Positions 55,124-63,459 of a stretch of 64,000 bases of DNA are shown here, piece after piece. The notes beneath the pieces were generated by a model. The model did no database searches. It worked only from the letters and a program-made list of their open reading frames with translations, and was not told where the DNA came from. The first letter of the stretch is position 1. Every line of letters starts with the position of its first letter. The stretch is from Spirochaetales bacterium (GTDB taxonomy: Bacteria; Spirochaetota; Spirochaetia; DSM-2461), in contig JAFGPQ010000037.1 in assembly GCA_016936115.1 (NCBI GenBank), forward strand, positions 3,897-67,896. The letters run 5' to 3'. The position numbers and the translations under genes were made by a program.

Positions 55124-56618
55124 CCCTTCCTCCTGTCGCGTAATGCATGATTTTTTCCTGGGTGGCTTCCTCTCCGGCCAGCTCGCCCATAATGCCTCCC
55201 TGGTACATAACCAGGATCCGGTCGCTCATGTTCAGAATCTCCGGCAGTTCCGAAGAGATCATGATGATGGCCACTCCCTGTTTCGCTAGATCCCCGATGA
55301 TCCGGTAGATCTCCGTTTTAGCCCCCACGTCGATGCCCCGGGTCGGTTCGTCCAGAATAAGAATCCGGGGATTACGGGCGAGCCACTTGGCGATAACCAC
55401 CTTCTGCTGATTCCCCCCGCTCAGCTCGTTGACTTTCTGGGAGGGAGAATGGGCCTTGATGGCAAGGGACTCTATCCCCTTGCGGATGAAATCATCCTCC
55501 CGGCGGTTATTCGTCCTGATCCAGCGGAAGCACTCTTTCAAAACCTGAATGGTCAAGTTGAAACCCACCCGTTCCTGCAGAAAAAGGCCCTGCTGCTTCC
55601 GGTCCTCCGGGACAAAGCCGATCCCCAGGTTCATGGCGTCCTGAGCCTTGCCGATGGTAACGGGGGATCCGTTCATGAAGATCTCCCCCCCGTCGTGGGG
55701 ATCGATCCCGAACAGGGCCCGGGCCAGCTCGGTCCGCCCCGCCCCTACGATACCGGACAGCCCCAGAATCTCCCCCTTATGCAGGGAAAAGGAGATATCC
55801 TTCAGGACCCCTTCCCGGCTCAGATTCTGAACCCGCAGCACCTCTTCACCCTTCTGGTGGTCCCGCTTCAGGTAGAAATCCTTGAGGGGACGGCCCACCA
55901 TCATGGCTATCAGCTCTTTCCGATCCGTTTCGGCGGTCATTTTCGTTCCGATGTACTCCCCGTCCCGCATAACCGTGATCCGGTCGCTGATGGCAAAGAG
56001 CTCCTCCATGCGGTGGGAGACGAAAATAATAGCCTTGCCCTGGGCCTTCATGGTGCGCACCAGTTCAAAGAGCTGATCCGTTTCCCGGTTGGTCAGGGCC
56101 GCGGTGGGCTCGTCCATGATGATGATCCGGGCATCCGTCGAAAGGGCTTTGGCGATCTCCACCATCTGCTGCTGGGCCACGCTCAGGGAGGCCACATGAG
56201 CCCCGGCGGAGAGATTCAGATTAAAGTTATCCAGAACTTTCTGGGCTTCCCCTTCCATGGTCTCCCTGTCGATGAAGGGGGATCTCTTTTTGGTCAGTTC
56301 CTGTCCCAGATAGATATTTTCCGCAATTGTCATATAGGGAACCAGAATCAGCTCCTGATGGATAACGCTGATGCCCAGTTCCTTGCTTTTGTGCACGTCG
56401 GGGATCTTTATGGCCGCCCCGTCGAGAATGATGTCGCCCCCGTCTTCGTCATAAATGCCGGCCAGTACTTTGATAAGGGTCGATTTGCCGGCGCCGTTCT
56501 CCCCCAGAAGGGCATGACACTCCCCGGGATGGATATCCAGGGAAACGTCCTTCAGAGCCTTGACTCCGGGAAAACTCTTTTCGATATGGCGCAGCTGGAG
56601 CAGGGGTATTTGTTCCAT
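55116..56618 (-). CDS. rbsA: sugar ABC transporter ATP-binding protein with duplicated ABC domains (RbsA-like)
   Basis: 500 aa. Walker [10 protein letters not shown], signatures LSVAQQQ and LSGGNQQK. Confidence 0.9.
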   Translation of the reverse strand: MEQIPLLQLRHIEKSFPGVKALKDVSLDIHPGECHALLGENGAGKSTLIKVLAGIYDEDGGDIILDGAAIKIPDVHKSKELGISVIHQELILVPYMTIAENIYLGQELTKKRSPFIDRETMEGEAQKVLDNFNLNLSAGAHVASLSVAQQQMVEIAKALSTDARIIIMDEPTAALTNRETDQLFELVRTMKAQGKAIIFVSHRMEELFAISDRITVMRDGEYIGTKMTAETDRKELIAMMVGRPLKDFYLKRDHQKGEEVLRVQNLSREGVLKDISFSLHKGEILGLSGIVGAGRTELARALFGIDPHDGGEIFMNGSPVTIGKAQDAMNLGIGFVPEDRKQQGLFLQERVGFNLTIQVLKECFRWIRTNNRREDDFIRKGIESLAIKAHSPSQKVNELSGGNQQKVVIAKWLARNPRILILDEPTRGIDVGAKTEIYRIIGDLAKQGVAIIMISSELPEILNMSDRILVMYQGGIMGELAGEEATQEKIMHYATGGRDE

Positions 56619-56656
56619 GGTCTAGTCCTTGTTTTGTGAGTGACTCAAGAGAAGTG

Positions 56657-56695
56657 AAAATCGGTGATGCGATTCCAAGAGGAACCGCACCACCG
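56657..56695 (-). terminator. long intercistronic hairpin between rbsB and rbsA (partial terminator/processing site)
   Basis: Minus strand reads CGGTGGTGCG GTTCC-TCTT-GGAAT CGCATCACCG followed by ATTTTCAC. The short U-tract gives low confidence that it terminates fully. Confidence 0.45.
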
Positions 56696-56732
56696 CTGAT
56701 TTTTTACTTTATTGCTATGAAATCAGAGAAAC

Positions 56733-57674
56733 CTACTGCCAGCCGTCGGTACCGAACTGGTCCACGTTGGAAGCGTCGATAAGGGTAATGGGAACAAGGA
56801 TTTCCTTCTTCACCGATTCGCCCTTGAGGATTTTGTAAGCCGCGTCAACCGCGTTCTGGCCGATTCCCAGGGGAGACTGGGCGGCGGTGGCGGTGATCCG
56901 GCCGTCCTTTACCATCTGCTTGGCATCGGGAGCGCCGTCCACACCGTAGATGAGAACGCCGTCGGCTCTTCCCGCCGCTTCCAGAGCGGCCAGGGCGCCC
57001 ATGGCGGTGGGATCGTTAAGACCCATAACCACGTCGATAACGGGCTGAGCCTGGATGATATTCTCCATTACGGGCATGGCCTGCTCGATCTGGCCATTGG
57101 AGGACTGGCGGGCTACGATTTCGTAGTTGGGGTTACCCTTGACCGTATCCACGAAGGACTGGGTTCTGTCGATAGCCGATTTGGCCGTGGGGTGCTCGAG
57201 AAGAACGACCTTGGCCGCGTCGAGACGCTTCATGACGTCCTGGGCCACCAGAACACCTGCGTTGTAGTTGTCCGAAGCGACGATACAGTCAACCAGATCC
57301 GTGTCGAATACGGGGGCATCCACGTTGATCACGGGTATGCCGGCTTTCTTAGCCGCATCCAGAGCGGGACGCACGCCCTTCCAGTCAACCGGGTTCAGGA
57401 AAATGGCATCCACGCCCCGGGCGATCATGTCTTCGATCTGGGCAATCTGCTTGGCCTGATCCAGGGCGGGGTCAAAGGCGATCAGCTTGTCTCCGTTCGC
57501 CTCGGCGACTTCCTTGATACCATCGTTAAGATAGACGAAAAAGGGGTTGTTCATGGTCATATAGGTGGCGCCGAAAAGATAGTGGCCGTCTTCTACGGCA
57601 TCCTTCTGGCCGTTGGCAAAACAAAAGGTCCCCGCCAGAAGCAGGATAAGTCCCAACATCAGATTTTTTTTCAT
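56733..57674 (-). CDS. rbsB: ribose-type ABC transporter substrate-binding protein (RbsB-like)
   Basis: 313 aa with a signal peptide and PBP1-fold motifs VDAIFLNPVD and GIPVINVD. SD GAGGAG upstream. Confidence 0.85.
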   Translation of the reverse strand: MKKNLMLGLILLLAGTFCFANGQKDAVEDGHYLFGATYMTMNNPFFVYLNDGIKEVAEANGDKLIAFDPALDQAKQIAQIEDMIARGVDAIFLNPVDWKGVRPALDAAKKAGIPVINVDAPVFDTDLVDCIVASDNYNAGVLVAQDVMKRLDAAKVVLLEHPTAKSAIDRTQSFVDTVKGNPNYEIVARQSSNGQIEQAMPVMENIIQAQPVIDVVMGLNDPTAMGALAALEAAGRADGVLIYGVDGAPDAKQMVKDGRITATAAQSPLGIGQNAVDAAYKILKGESVKKEILVPITLIDASNVDQFGTDGWQ

Positions 57675-57734
57675 AAAAATCTCCTCGTAAAAATAGTATG
57701 ACCTATTATCAGGCCCCTTTTCCGATCCCGAAAG

Positions 57735-57748
57735 ATGAACATTGTCAT
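57735..57748. promoter_or_regulatory. ATGAACATTGTCAT, a degenerate copy of the ATGACA-TT-TGTCAT palindrome, upstream of rbsB
   Basis: Shares the right half-site TTGTCAT. Lies 46 nt from the better copy at 57781. Confidence 0.35.
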
Positions 57749-57780
57749 CACGCTGCCCCGTCAGGTGTCATCGGGAAGCC

Positions 57781-57794
57781 ATGACATTTGTCAG
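57781..57794. promoter_or_regulatory. ATGACATTTGTCAg, a candidate NarL/LuxR-type operator about 107 nt upstream of rbsB
   Basis: 13 of 14 bases identical to the perfect palindrome at 61116-61129. Confidence 0.45.
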
Positions 57795-57797
57795 TTT

Positions 57798-59072
57798 TCA
57801 GTCATCCAGCTCATCATTGATAATGCGGTTGAGCCGGGAGAGATCGTTATTCAGAATCACCGAATCCCAGGGGATCTGGGCGATCTGGTTGTCAATAAGG
57901 GAAAGGGTTGTCTCGTAGCGGCGGAACCGGGGGACGATAACCGAGTTCTCCACGGTCTTTACGATAGTATCCACGGCGATGGCCTTGTCCGGGGAGGCCA
58001 GATTCTGCATAAGGATCTCCCGTCCCGCGTCGGAGGAGAGGACGTCCTTGCGCAGGGGCAACCCCCGGCCGTATTTCAGGACGATTCCCTGGGCGTCCCG
58101 GTCGTTGGCGATAAACTGAAGCAGGGAGAGGGCCTCCTTCCGGCGGCGGCTCCGGGCGTTCACCGAGAGCAGGAGCACTTTCAGATCCACCGCGTTGGTG
58201 CCTCCCGGCCCCCGGGGCATGAGGGTAGTGTCCCATTCGAAACCGCCGAACTTGATGATGCTGTAGGGGTAGTAGCCGTAGGTGCGGTAGGTGGAGTAGG
58301 TGAAGGGGGAAAAGGCGGTGACCCCGCTGTCAAAATCCTGGGCGAGCCCCTCCTCGTCCAGCCGGCGCAGGGAGCTCAGGAAGCGGACCGCCTCCTTCAT
58401 GCCCTCCGTATTCAGATAGGCGTCGGAACCGTCCTCGCTGAAGAGGGTCTCCCCGTTGGAGAATACCGCCTGGGTCCAGTGGAACCCGTCCACCCCGAAC
58501 TGATCCGTGTAGCCGTCCCCGTTCCGGTCCTTCGTCAGAACGGTGCAGTAGTCCAGGAACTCCTCCCAAGTCCAGTCCGGAGAGGGATATTCCAGGCCCT
58601 CTTCGGCCAGAAGGGTCTTGTTCACGAACATGAAGGTGGGATTGATTTCAAAGGGAATGCCCAGGAGACGGCCCTTCTGGCTCCCCGCGTCCAGCACGTT
58701 ACGGTAGATGCCTTCGGGTGAGTCGAGCAGCTCCTCCCGGTTCAACTCCTCCAGCACCCCGATGGAAGCGAGGGTGGTGAAATCCTCGGGCAGCACGAAG
58801 AAGAGGTCCGGAAGCTCATCGTTCATTATGCGCTGGGCCAGCCATTCCGAATAATCCGAGGGAATGATGCCGCTTTTGTAGGTAACGTGAATCCGGGGAT
58901 TCTCTTCTTCGAAAAGGGCGATGATCTCGTCCATCATGGCGTAGGTGTTCAGGTTGGGCGCGTTCCAGCTGCTCCCCGAAAAGATTCCCAGCTCCAGGGT
59001 TTTCCGGTGGGCCGGCCCGCAGGAGGAGAGCAGGATCAGAACCGTCAGCAGGGTAAGGGGGACTCTTCTCAC
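57798..59072 (-). CDS. extracellular solute-binding lipoprotein (family 1 sugar-binding type), third gene of the kinase-regulator operon
   Basis: 424 aa with a lipobox LSSC. Its start overlaps the regulator stop by 4 nt. Confidence 0.78.
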   Translation of the reverse strand: MRRVPLTLLTVLILLSSCGPAHRKTLELGIFSGSSWNAPNLNTYAMMDEIIALFEEENPRIHVTYKSGIIPSDYSEWLAQRIMNDELPDLFFVLPEDFTTLASIGVLEELNREELLDSPEGIYRNVLDAGSQKGRLLGIPFEINPTFMFVNKTLLAEEGLEYPSPDWTWEEFLDYCTVLTKDRNGDGYTDQFGVDGFHWTQAVFSNGETLFSEDGSDAYLNTEGMKEAVRFLSSLRRLDEEGLAQDFDSGVTAFSPFTYSTYRTYGYYPYSIIKFGGFEWDTTLMPRGPGGTNAVDLKVLLLSVNARSRRRKEALSLLQFIANDRDAQGIVLKYGRGLPLRKDVLSSDAGREILMQNLASPDKAIAVDTIVKTVENSVIVPRFRRYETTLSLIDNQIAQIPWDSVILNNDLSRLNRIINDELDD

Positions 59073-59737
59073 AGGACCGGGGAGGAGTTGATGCCGCTCT
59101 GCACCGCGAAGATGGCGATCTGGGTCCGGTCTCGCAGATCCAGCTTTTGCAATATGCCGCTGATGTAGTTCCGCACCGTGCCGTCGCTCAGGTTCAGCAT
59201 GTAGGAGATCTCCTTGTTGGAGCAGCCCTGCCCCACCAGGCGGATGATCTTTTTCTCGTTCTCCTGCAGATTCTCCATGCTGCGCCGGCTGCTCCCCTGA
59301 ATAAAATCGGCCTTGGCCATGGTGGAAAAGAAATCCAGCACCTTCGTAGTGATCCGGGGCGTTATCAGGCTGCCTCCCTCGGCCACCGTCCGCACGGCCC
59401 GGGCCAGTTCCTCCGCCTTGATGGATTTGAGAAGATACCCCCGGGCGCCGTACTTCAGGGCGTCGTAGATATACTCGTCGTCATCAAAGGTGGTCAGGGC
59501 GATCACGGCGATTTCCGGGCGGGCCTCCTTGATGCGGCGGATGCACTCTATCCCGTCCAGGCCGGGCATGCGGATGTCCATGAGAACCACCCGGGGGGAT
59601 TTCTCGTAGATGAGAGTCAGCCCTTCCGCCCCGGAGGCGGCGGTCCCCACCACCCGGATATCCTCGTTGGCGTTCATAATAAATTCCAGACTCTCCCGGA
59701 CCAGGTCCTGATCGTCCACTATCACAATCTCAATCAT
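59069..59737 (-). CDS. response regulator, NarL/LuxR family
   Basis: 222 aa. Receiver VLMDIRMPGLDG and a C-terminal LuxR HTH (NKEISYMLNLSDGTVRNYISGILQKL). Confidence 0.92.
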   Translation of the reverse strand: MIEIVIVDDQDLVRESLEFIMNANEDIRVVGTAASGAEGLTLIYEKSPRVVLMDIRMPGLDGIECIRRIKEARPEIAVIALTTFDDDEYIYDALKYGARGYLLKSIKAEELARAVRTVAEGGSLITPRITTKVLDFFSTMAKADFIQGSSRRSMENLQENEKKIIRLVGQGCSNKEISYMLNLSDGTVRNYISGILQKLDLRDRTQIAIFAVQSGINSSPVL

Positions 59738-61079
59738 GGGATCTCCTTACCAGGGGCAGCTCCGCGCTCAGGCGGCAGCCCCCCGTTTCTCTTCCCGCCA
59801 GTTCCAGATGCCCCCGGTAGAATTCGACCCCCTGGCGCAGGTGGGTCAGGCCGAAGCCCTCCTTTCCCGGAGTTTCCCCGCTTCCGTCGTCCAGCACGGT
59901 CACAGTGGCATGGTCGTCGCTGAACGCCAGATCCACCAGAATATCGGTCCCCTGCCCGTGGCGGATGGCGTTGGTGATGCCCTCCTGGACAATGCGGTAG
60001 ATCAGCTCCTCCTGCTGGGCGATGAGCCGGGGGGGCTCCCCCTTCTGGCGCAGGGTGCACACGATGCCGTCGCTGCAGTCGTTGATCTGCTCCACGATGG
60101 AGCGGATGGCGGGTATCATGGCGTAACGCTCCAGGGCGTCCGGTTTCAGGGCGTTCAGGGAGCGGCGGATGTCCCCGGAGCCCTGGGAGGCCAGTTCGGC
60201 CACCTTGTCTATCTGGTTCAGGAGCAGGTCGGTCCGGTCACCGGGGATCTTGCGGCAGGCGGTAAGTCCCAGTTCGATGCCCGCCAGGGTATGGCCCACC
60301 GTGTCGTGAATCTCCCGGGCCAGGCGGTTCCTCTCCTTGACCCGGGCAGAGTCCTCGGACCGCTTGGAGTATTCCACCAGCTGCACGTTGGCCACCTCCA
60401 GCTCCTTCAGGCTCTGTCCCAGAGCCTCGTTCAGCTCCTGCACCCGGCGGTTCTCCTCGATCCGGGACTGGATATCCACAAAAACGATGAGAAGAAAGCA
60501 GAAGTAGTTGAGGGACTGGAGGATGCTTTTGGCTCCGTAGAGGGAGACCCGGGAGGCTTCGTTTCTGAAGTTTATATACTGATCCAGATTGACCCGCAGC
60601 AGGGGAACATAGGAGAAGTCCGGATCCAGCAGGATATAGAGGCCCACCACGAAGAGAATGAGGACCGTTTTCCGCTGCCCTCCCCTGACGAAGAGAATGG
60701 TTCCGGCCACGGGAAAGAGCAGGATCTCCTTGTTGGAGAGGTTCAGCAGATAAAGGACGACGGCGCAAATGACCGTATCGGCCAGAACGGTGAATACCAG
60801 AACCTCATTGGAAAGGCTCTCCCTGAATCGGATTCGCATGAGAGAGACCCCCAGAAGCAGAAAAAAGAGGATCAGAATGGCGATACGGGAAAAGGAGGGA
60901 CTCAGGGGCGCCCGGTTAATCTGCTCCAGAAAGGTACGCCCCCCGTCCTTATAGCAGATCAGATCGGTGGTCCGGACGATAAGGGTGGCGATAAAAAGGG
61001 ACGCCCCGAAATTCAGGAGCAGGTAGAAAAGCTGTAGGAGGGAGGATCTATTCCTGCTGTCAAAGAGCGTCCTGACCAT
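59730..61079 (-). CDS. sensor histidine kinase, HisKA_3 type with a multi-pass membrane N-terminus
   Basis: H-box REIHDTVGH, HATPase box EGITNAIRHG and DDGSG. The ATG at 61079 is chosen because the ORF-track start at 61157 lies inside the upstream MFS gene. This ATG has no SD. Confidence 0.8.
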   Translation of the reverse strand: MVRTLFDSRNRSSLLQLFYLLLNFGASLFIATLIVRTTDLICYKDGGRTFLEQINRAPLSPSFSRIAILILFFLLLGVSLMRIRFRESLSNEVLVFTVLADTVICAVVLYLLNLSNKEILLFPVAGTILFVRGGQRKTVLILFVVGLYILLDPDFSYVPLLRVNLDQYINFRNEASRVSLYGAKSILQSLNYFCFLLIVFVDIQSRIEENRRVQELNEALGQSLKELEVANVQLVEYSKRSEDSARVKERNRLAREIHDTVGHTLAGIELGLTACRKIPGDRTDLLLNQIDKVAELASQGSGDIRRSLNALKPDALERYAMIPAIRSIVEQINDCSDGIVCTLRQKGEPPRLIAQQEELIYRIVQEGITNAIRHGQGTDILVDLAFSDDHATVTVLDDGSGETPGKEGFGLTHLRQGVEFYRGHLELAGRETGGCRLSAELPLVRRSHD

Positions 61080-61095
61080 GGGGAAAGGATAACAT
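61060..61095 (-). other. candidate 11-codon upstream ORF (MLSFPHGQDAL*) overlapping the kinase start codon
   Basis: GGGGAGGA SD 5 nt upstream of its ATG (61093-61095). Out of frame with the kinase; its stop lies 17 nt inside the kinase gene. Confidence 0.3.
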
Positions 61096-61115
61096 GATAA
61101 TCCTCCCCTGCAAAT

Positions 61116-61129
61116 ATGACATTTGTCAT
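61116..61129. promoter_or_regulatory. perfect palindrome ATGACA-TT-TGTCAT upstream of the kinase-regulator-binding-protein operon
   Basis: 6-2-6 inverted repeat that overlaps the stop codon of the upstream MFS gene, 37 nt before the kinase ATG. Confidence 0.5.
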
Positions 61130-62325
61130 GATTGGGGATCTTTCTTCGCCCGAGCAAGGAGAAGGAAGATCAGGAGCAGTCCGAAGGCGGTGAGCATATA
61201 GGGAGAGATGACCTCGATACCGAAATGACGGGCCAGGACCCCGGCGAAGGAGGGCACCGCCGCCCCGCCGATGCCGGAAGCGGAGATCTGCATGCCGATG
61301 GTATTGCTCACGTGGCGGCGGCCCACCCGGTTCGCCGTATCGGACATGAGAGCCGGAAAGATCGGCGCAATGGCGAAGCCGATCAGGGCGATGCCCGTTA
61401 CGGAGCCCGCCACACCCCTGAAGAGGGTGAGAATGACCGTTCCCGTCAGGGCGATGCCGATGCTCAGGTAGAGCAGATGCCGGGGGGTCAGCTTTTTCGT
61501 ATAGAGTCCGGCGGTGAACCGGCCCACGGTGAACATGCCCCAGTAGCTGCTGGTAATGAAACCGGCGACAGCGGGACTTACTCCCCGGGACTGGGTCAGC
61601 AGGGAGTAGACCCACAGGCCCAGACCGATTTCCGAGCCCACATAGAGAAAGAAGAGGAGCATACTCAGCCAGGCCCCGGGCATCTTGAGAGTCTCCCCCA
61701 TGGAAGCCTCTTCCACAGGGGCGGTTTCATTCTCCTCTCCCTCCTCTCCGGAACTGTTCCTTTCCCACAGGTTCCTTGTCAGAAAAAAGAGCAGTGCCAT
61801 GACCGCCTGAAAAGCACAGACCACCATATAGCCCACCCGCCACCGGCCGGTCAGCTGAATCCCCATGGTCATGATGATAGGCCCGGCGGTGATACCGATG
61901 CCGAAGCTTCCGTGAAGCCACTGCATCAGCCTTTCGGAGTAGTGTTTTTCCACATAGTTGTTTACGCCCGCATCGATGGCGCCGGCTCCGACTCCCCCCA
62001 GGAAAGCCACTCCCACGAAGAGGGGCCATATGGGGGTCAGGCTGTATGTCAGCTGGGCCAGGGAAGTAAGGCCGCAGCTCAGGGCCAGCAGACCGCCCAC
62101 CCCCATAAGCCTGACCGTAACCCCGCTGAAAAAACCGGATACGGAGTATCCCACGGTGGAGCAGATCATGACGAGGGCGATCGCATCGATGGGAAGTCCG
62201 AAGGTTTCCCGAATTCCCGGCCAGGCGACCCCATGCAGCCCGTCGGGCAGCCCCAAAGAGATGAAAGCGATGTAAGAGAGGATCAGCAGAATGAATCCCC
62301 GGTTCAGAGTAGGTGACTTTTCCAT
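61126..62325 (-). CDS. MFS transporter
   Basis: 12 TM helices. The start is uncertain: ATG at 62325 (MEKSPTLNRGF) or upstream ATGs at 62376 or 62421. Confidence 0.78.
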   Translation of the reverse strand: MEKSPTLNRGFILLILSYIAFISLGLPDGLHGVAWPGIRETFGLPIDAIALVMICSTVGYSVSGFFSGVTVRLMGVGGLLALSCGLTSLAQLTYSLTPIWPLFVGVAFLGGVGAGAIDAGVNNYVEKHYSERLMQWLHGSFGIGITAGPIIMTMGIQLTGRWRVGYMVVCAFQAVMALLFFLTRNLWERNSSGEEGEENETAPVEEASMGETLKMPGAWLSMLLFFLYVGSEIGLGLWVYSLLTQSRGVSPAVAGFITSSYWGMFTVGRFTAGLYTKKLTPRHLLYLSIGIALTGTVILTLFRGVAGSVTGIALIGFAIAPIFPALMSDTANRVGRRHVSNTIGMQISASGIGGAAVPSFAGVLARHFGIEVISPYMLTAFGLLLIFLLLARAKKDPQS

Positions 62326-62473
62326 AATCCCATATGATAAACCGGAAATCACGGGGAATCCATGAAAAAGAGTCATCCAGGGGGAAACTTTTCTATGAAA
62401 TTCCTGTTTTTTTCTGAACAACGGGGTAATGATGGGTTAGACAAAAAAGAAACCGAACTGAAAAGGAGCGTTT

Positions 62474-63448
62474 TTGGAAAAGATCATTCTTTTTACAGTT
62501 GTTTCCGCGGCGGTTTATTTTGGAATTGCGGCCCTCCTCATCCTAATTGATAAGGGACCGGCCAAGGGAGATTCCCCCGGTTCAAACATGTCATTCCGGG
62601 AACTTTTTGCGGATTATTCGGGACTTCCGGAATTAAGCGAGTATAAAGCCCGGGATGGAAAATCCCTTTACTACCGCCACTATCCTTCCCATTCAAGGAA
62701 AATCATGATACTCCTGCATGGTTCCGGAGCGCACAGCCGGTATTTTTTCCCCCTGGCCGGGTATCTGAGTTCCACCGATTCAGCCGAGGTCTATACACCC
62801 GACTTAAGAGGCCACGGATTTTACCCCGAAAGAAGGGGGGATACGGATTACATCAATCAGCTGGAGGACGATCTGGCCGATTTTATCTCCCGGATCAAAA
62901 GGGAGAAGGGAGATGCAAAAATCATTCTGGCGGGACACTCTTCCGGGGGCGGTCTTGCCCTGAGGTTTGCGGGCAGCCGATATTCCGCCCTTGTGGATGC
63001 CTGCCTGCTCCTGTCCCCCTATCTGAAATACAACGCTCCCACTATGAGAAGCAATTCCGGCGGCTGGGCAAGAGTCCATACTCCCCGGATCATCGGATTG
63101 TCCCTGCTGAATAATCTGGGCATTACCCTGCTCAACCATTTAAGGGTAATCGACTTTATTCTCCCCGGCGAGTATCGTGACGGTTCGGAAACCCTCTCCT
63201 ATTCCTATCGCCTGAACAGGGGTTACGCTCCGGAGGATTACCAAAAAGATTTCCGAACTATGAAACAAAGGGCCATGCTTATCGCCGGATCCGCAGATGA
63301 AGCGTTCAGGGCGGACCTCTTTCTCCCGGAAGTGTCCCGGTATAAAAAAGTCATGGAAGGGGAAATCATAAAAGGTGTCACCCACATGGGACTGGTCATG
63401 GGAGAAGAGGTACGGCCGATTATTGTAACCTGGCTGCAATCCCTGTAA
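62474..63448 (+). CDS. alpha/beta hydrolase (lysophospholipase/monoacylglycerol-lipase-like) with an N-terminal TM anchor
   Basis: 324 aa. HGSGAHS and nucleophile elbow GHSSGG. TTG start with AAGGAG 5 nt upstream. Confidence 0.82.
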   Translation: MEKIILFTVVSAAVYFGIAALLILIDKGPAKGDSPGSNMSFRELFADYSGLPELSEYKARDGKSLYYRHYPSHSRKIMILLHGSGAHSRYFFPLAGYLSSTDSAEVYTPDLRGHGFYPERRGDTDYINQLEDDLADFISRIKREKGDAKIILAGHSSGGGLALRFAGSRYSALVDACLLLSPYLKYNAPTMRSNSGGWARVHTPRIIGLSLLNNLGITLLNHLRVIDFILPGEYRDGSETLSYSYRLNRGYAPEDYQKDFRTMKQRAMLIAGSADEAFRADLFLPEVSRYKKVMEGEIIKGVTHMGLVMGEEVRPIIVTWLQSL

Positions 63449-63459
63449 TCCCGATTTCG

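Noticed and set aside
14113-62316. Many other long ORFs (300-470 aa) antisense to confident genes. Examples are 14113-15300, 17931-19190, 23670-25025, 34144-35289, 39287-40357, 40396-41811, 43745-44842, 51564-52604, 55449-56639, 57735-58721, 59736-61037 and 61132-62316.
   Set aside because: - The explanation is the same as above: they are shadow frames caused by codon bias.
- All have Gly/Asp/His/Pro-rich composition and no start-site signals.
- Each overlaps, over its full length, a gene with clear homology features.
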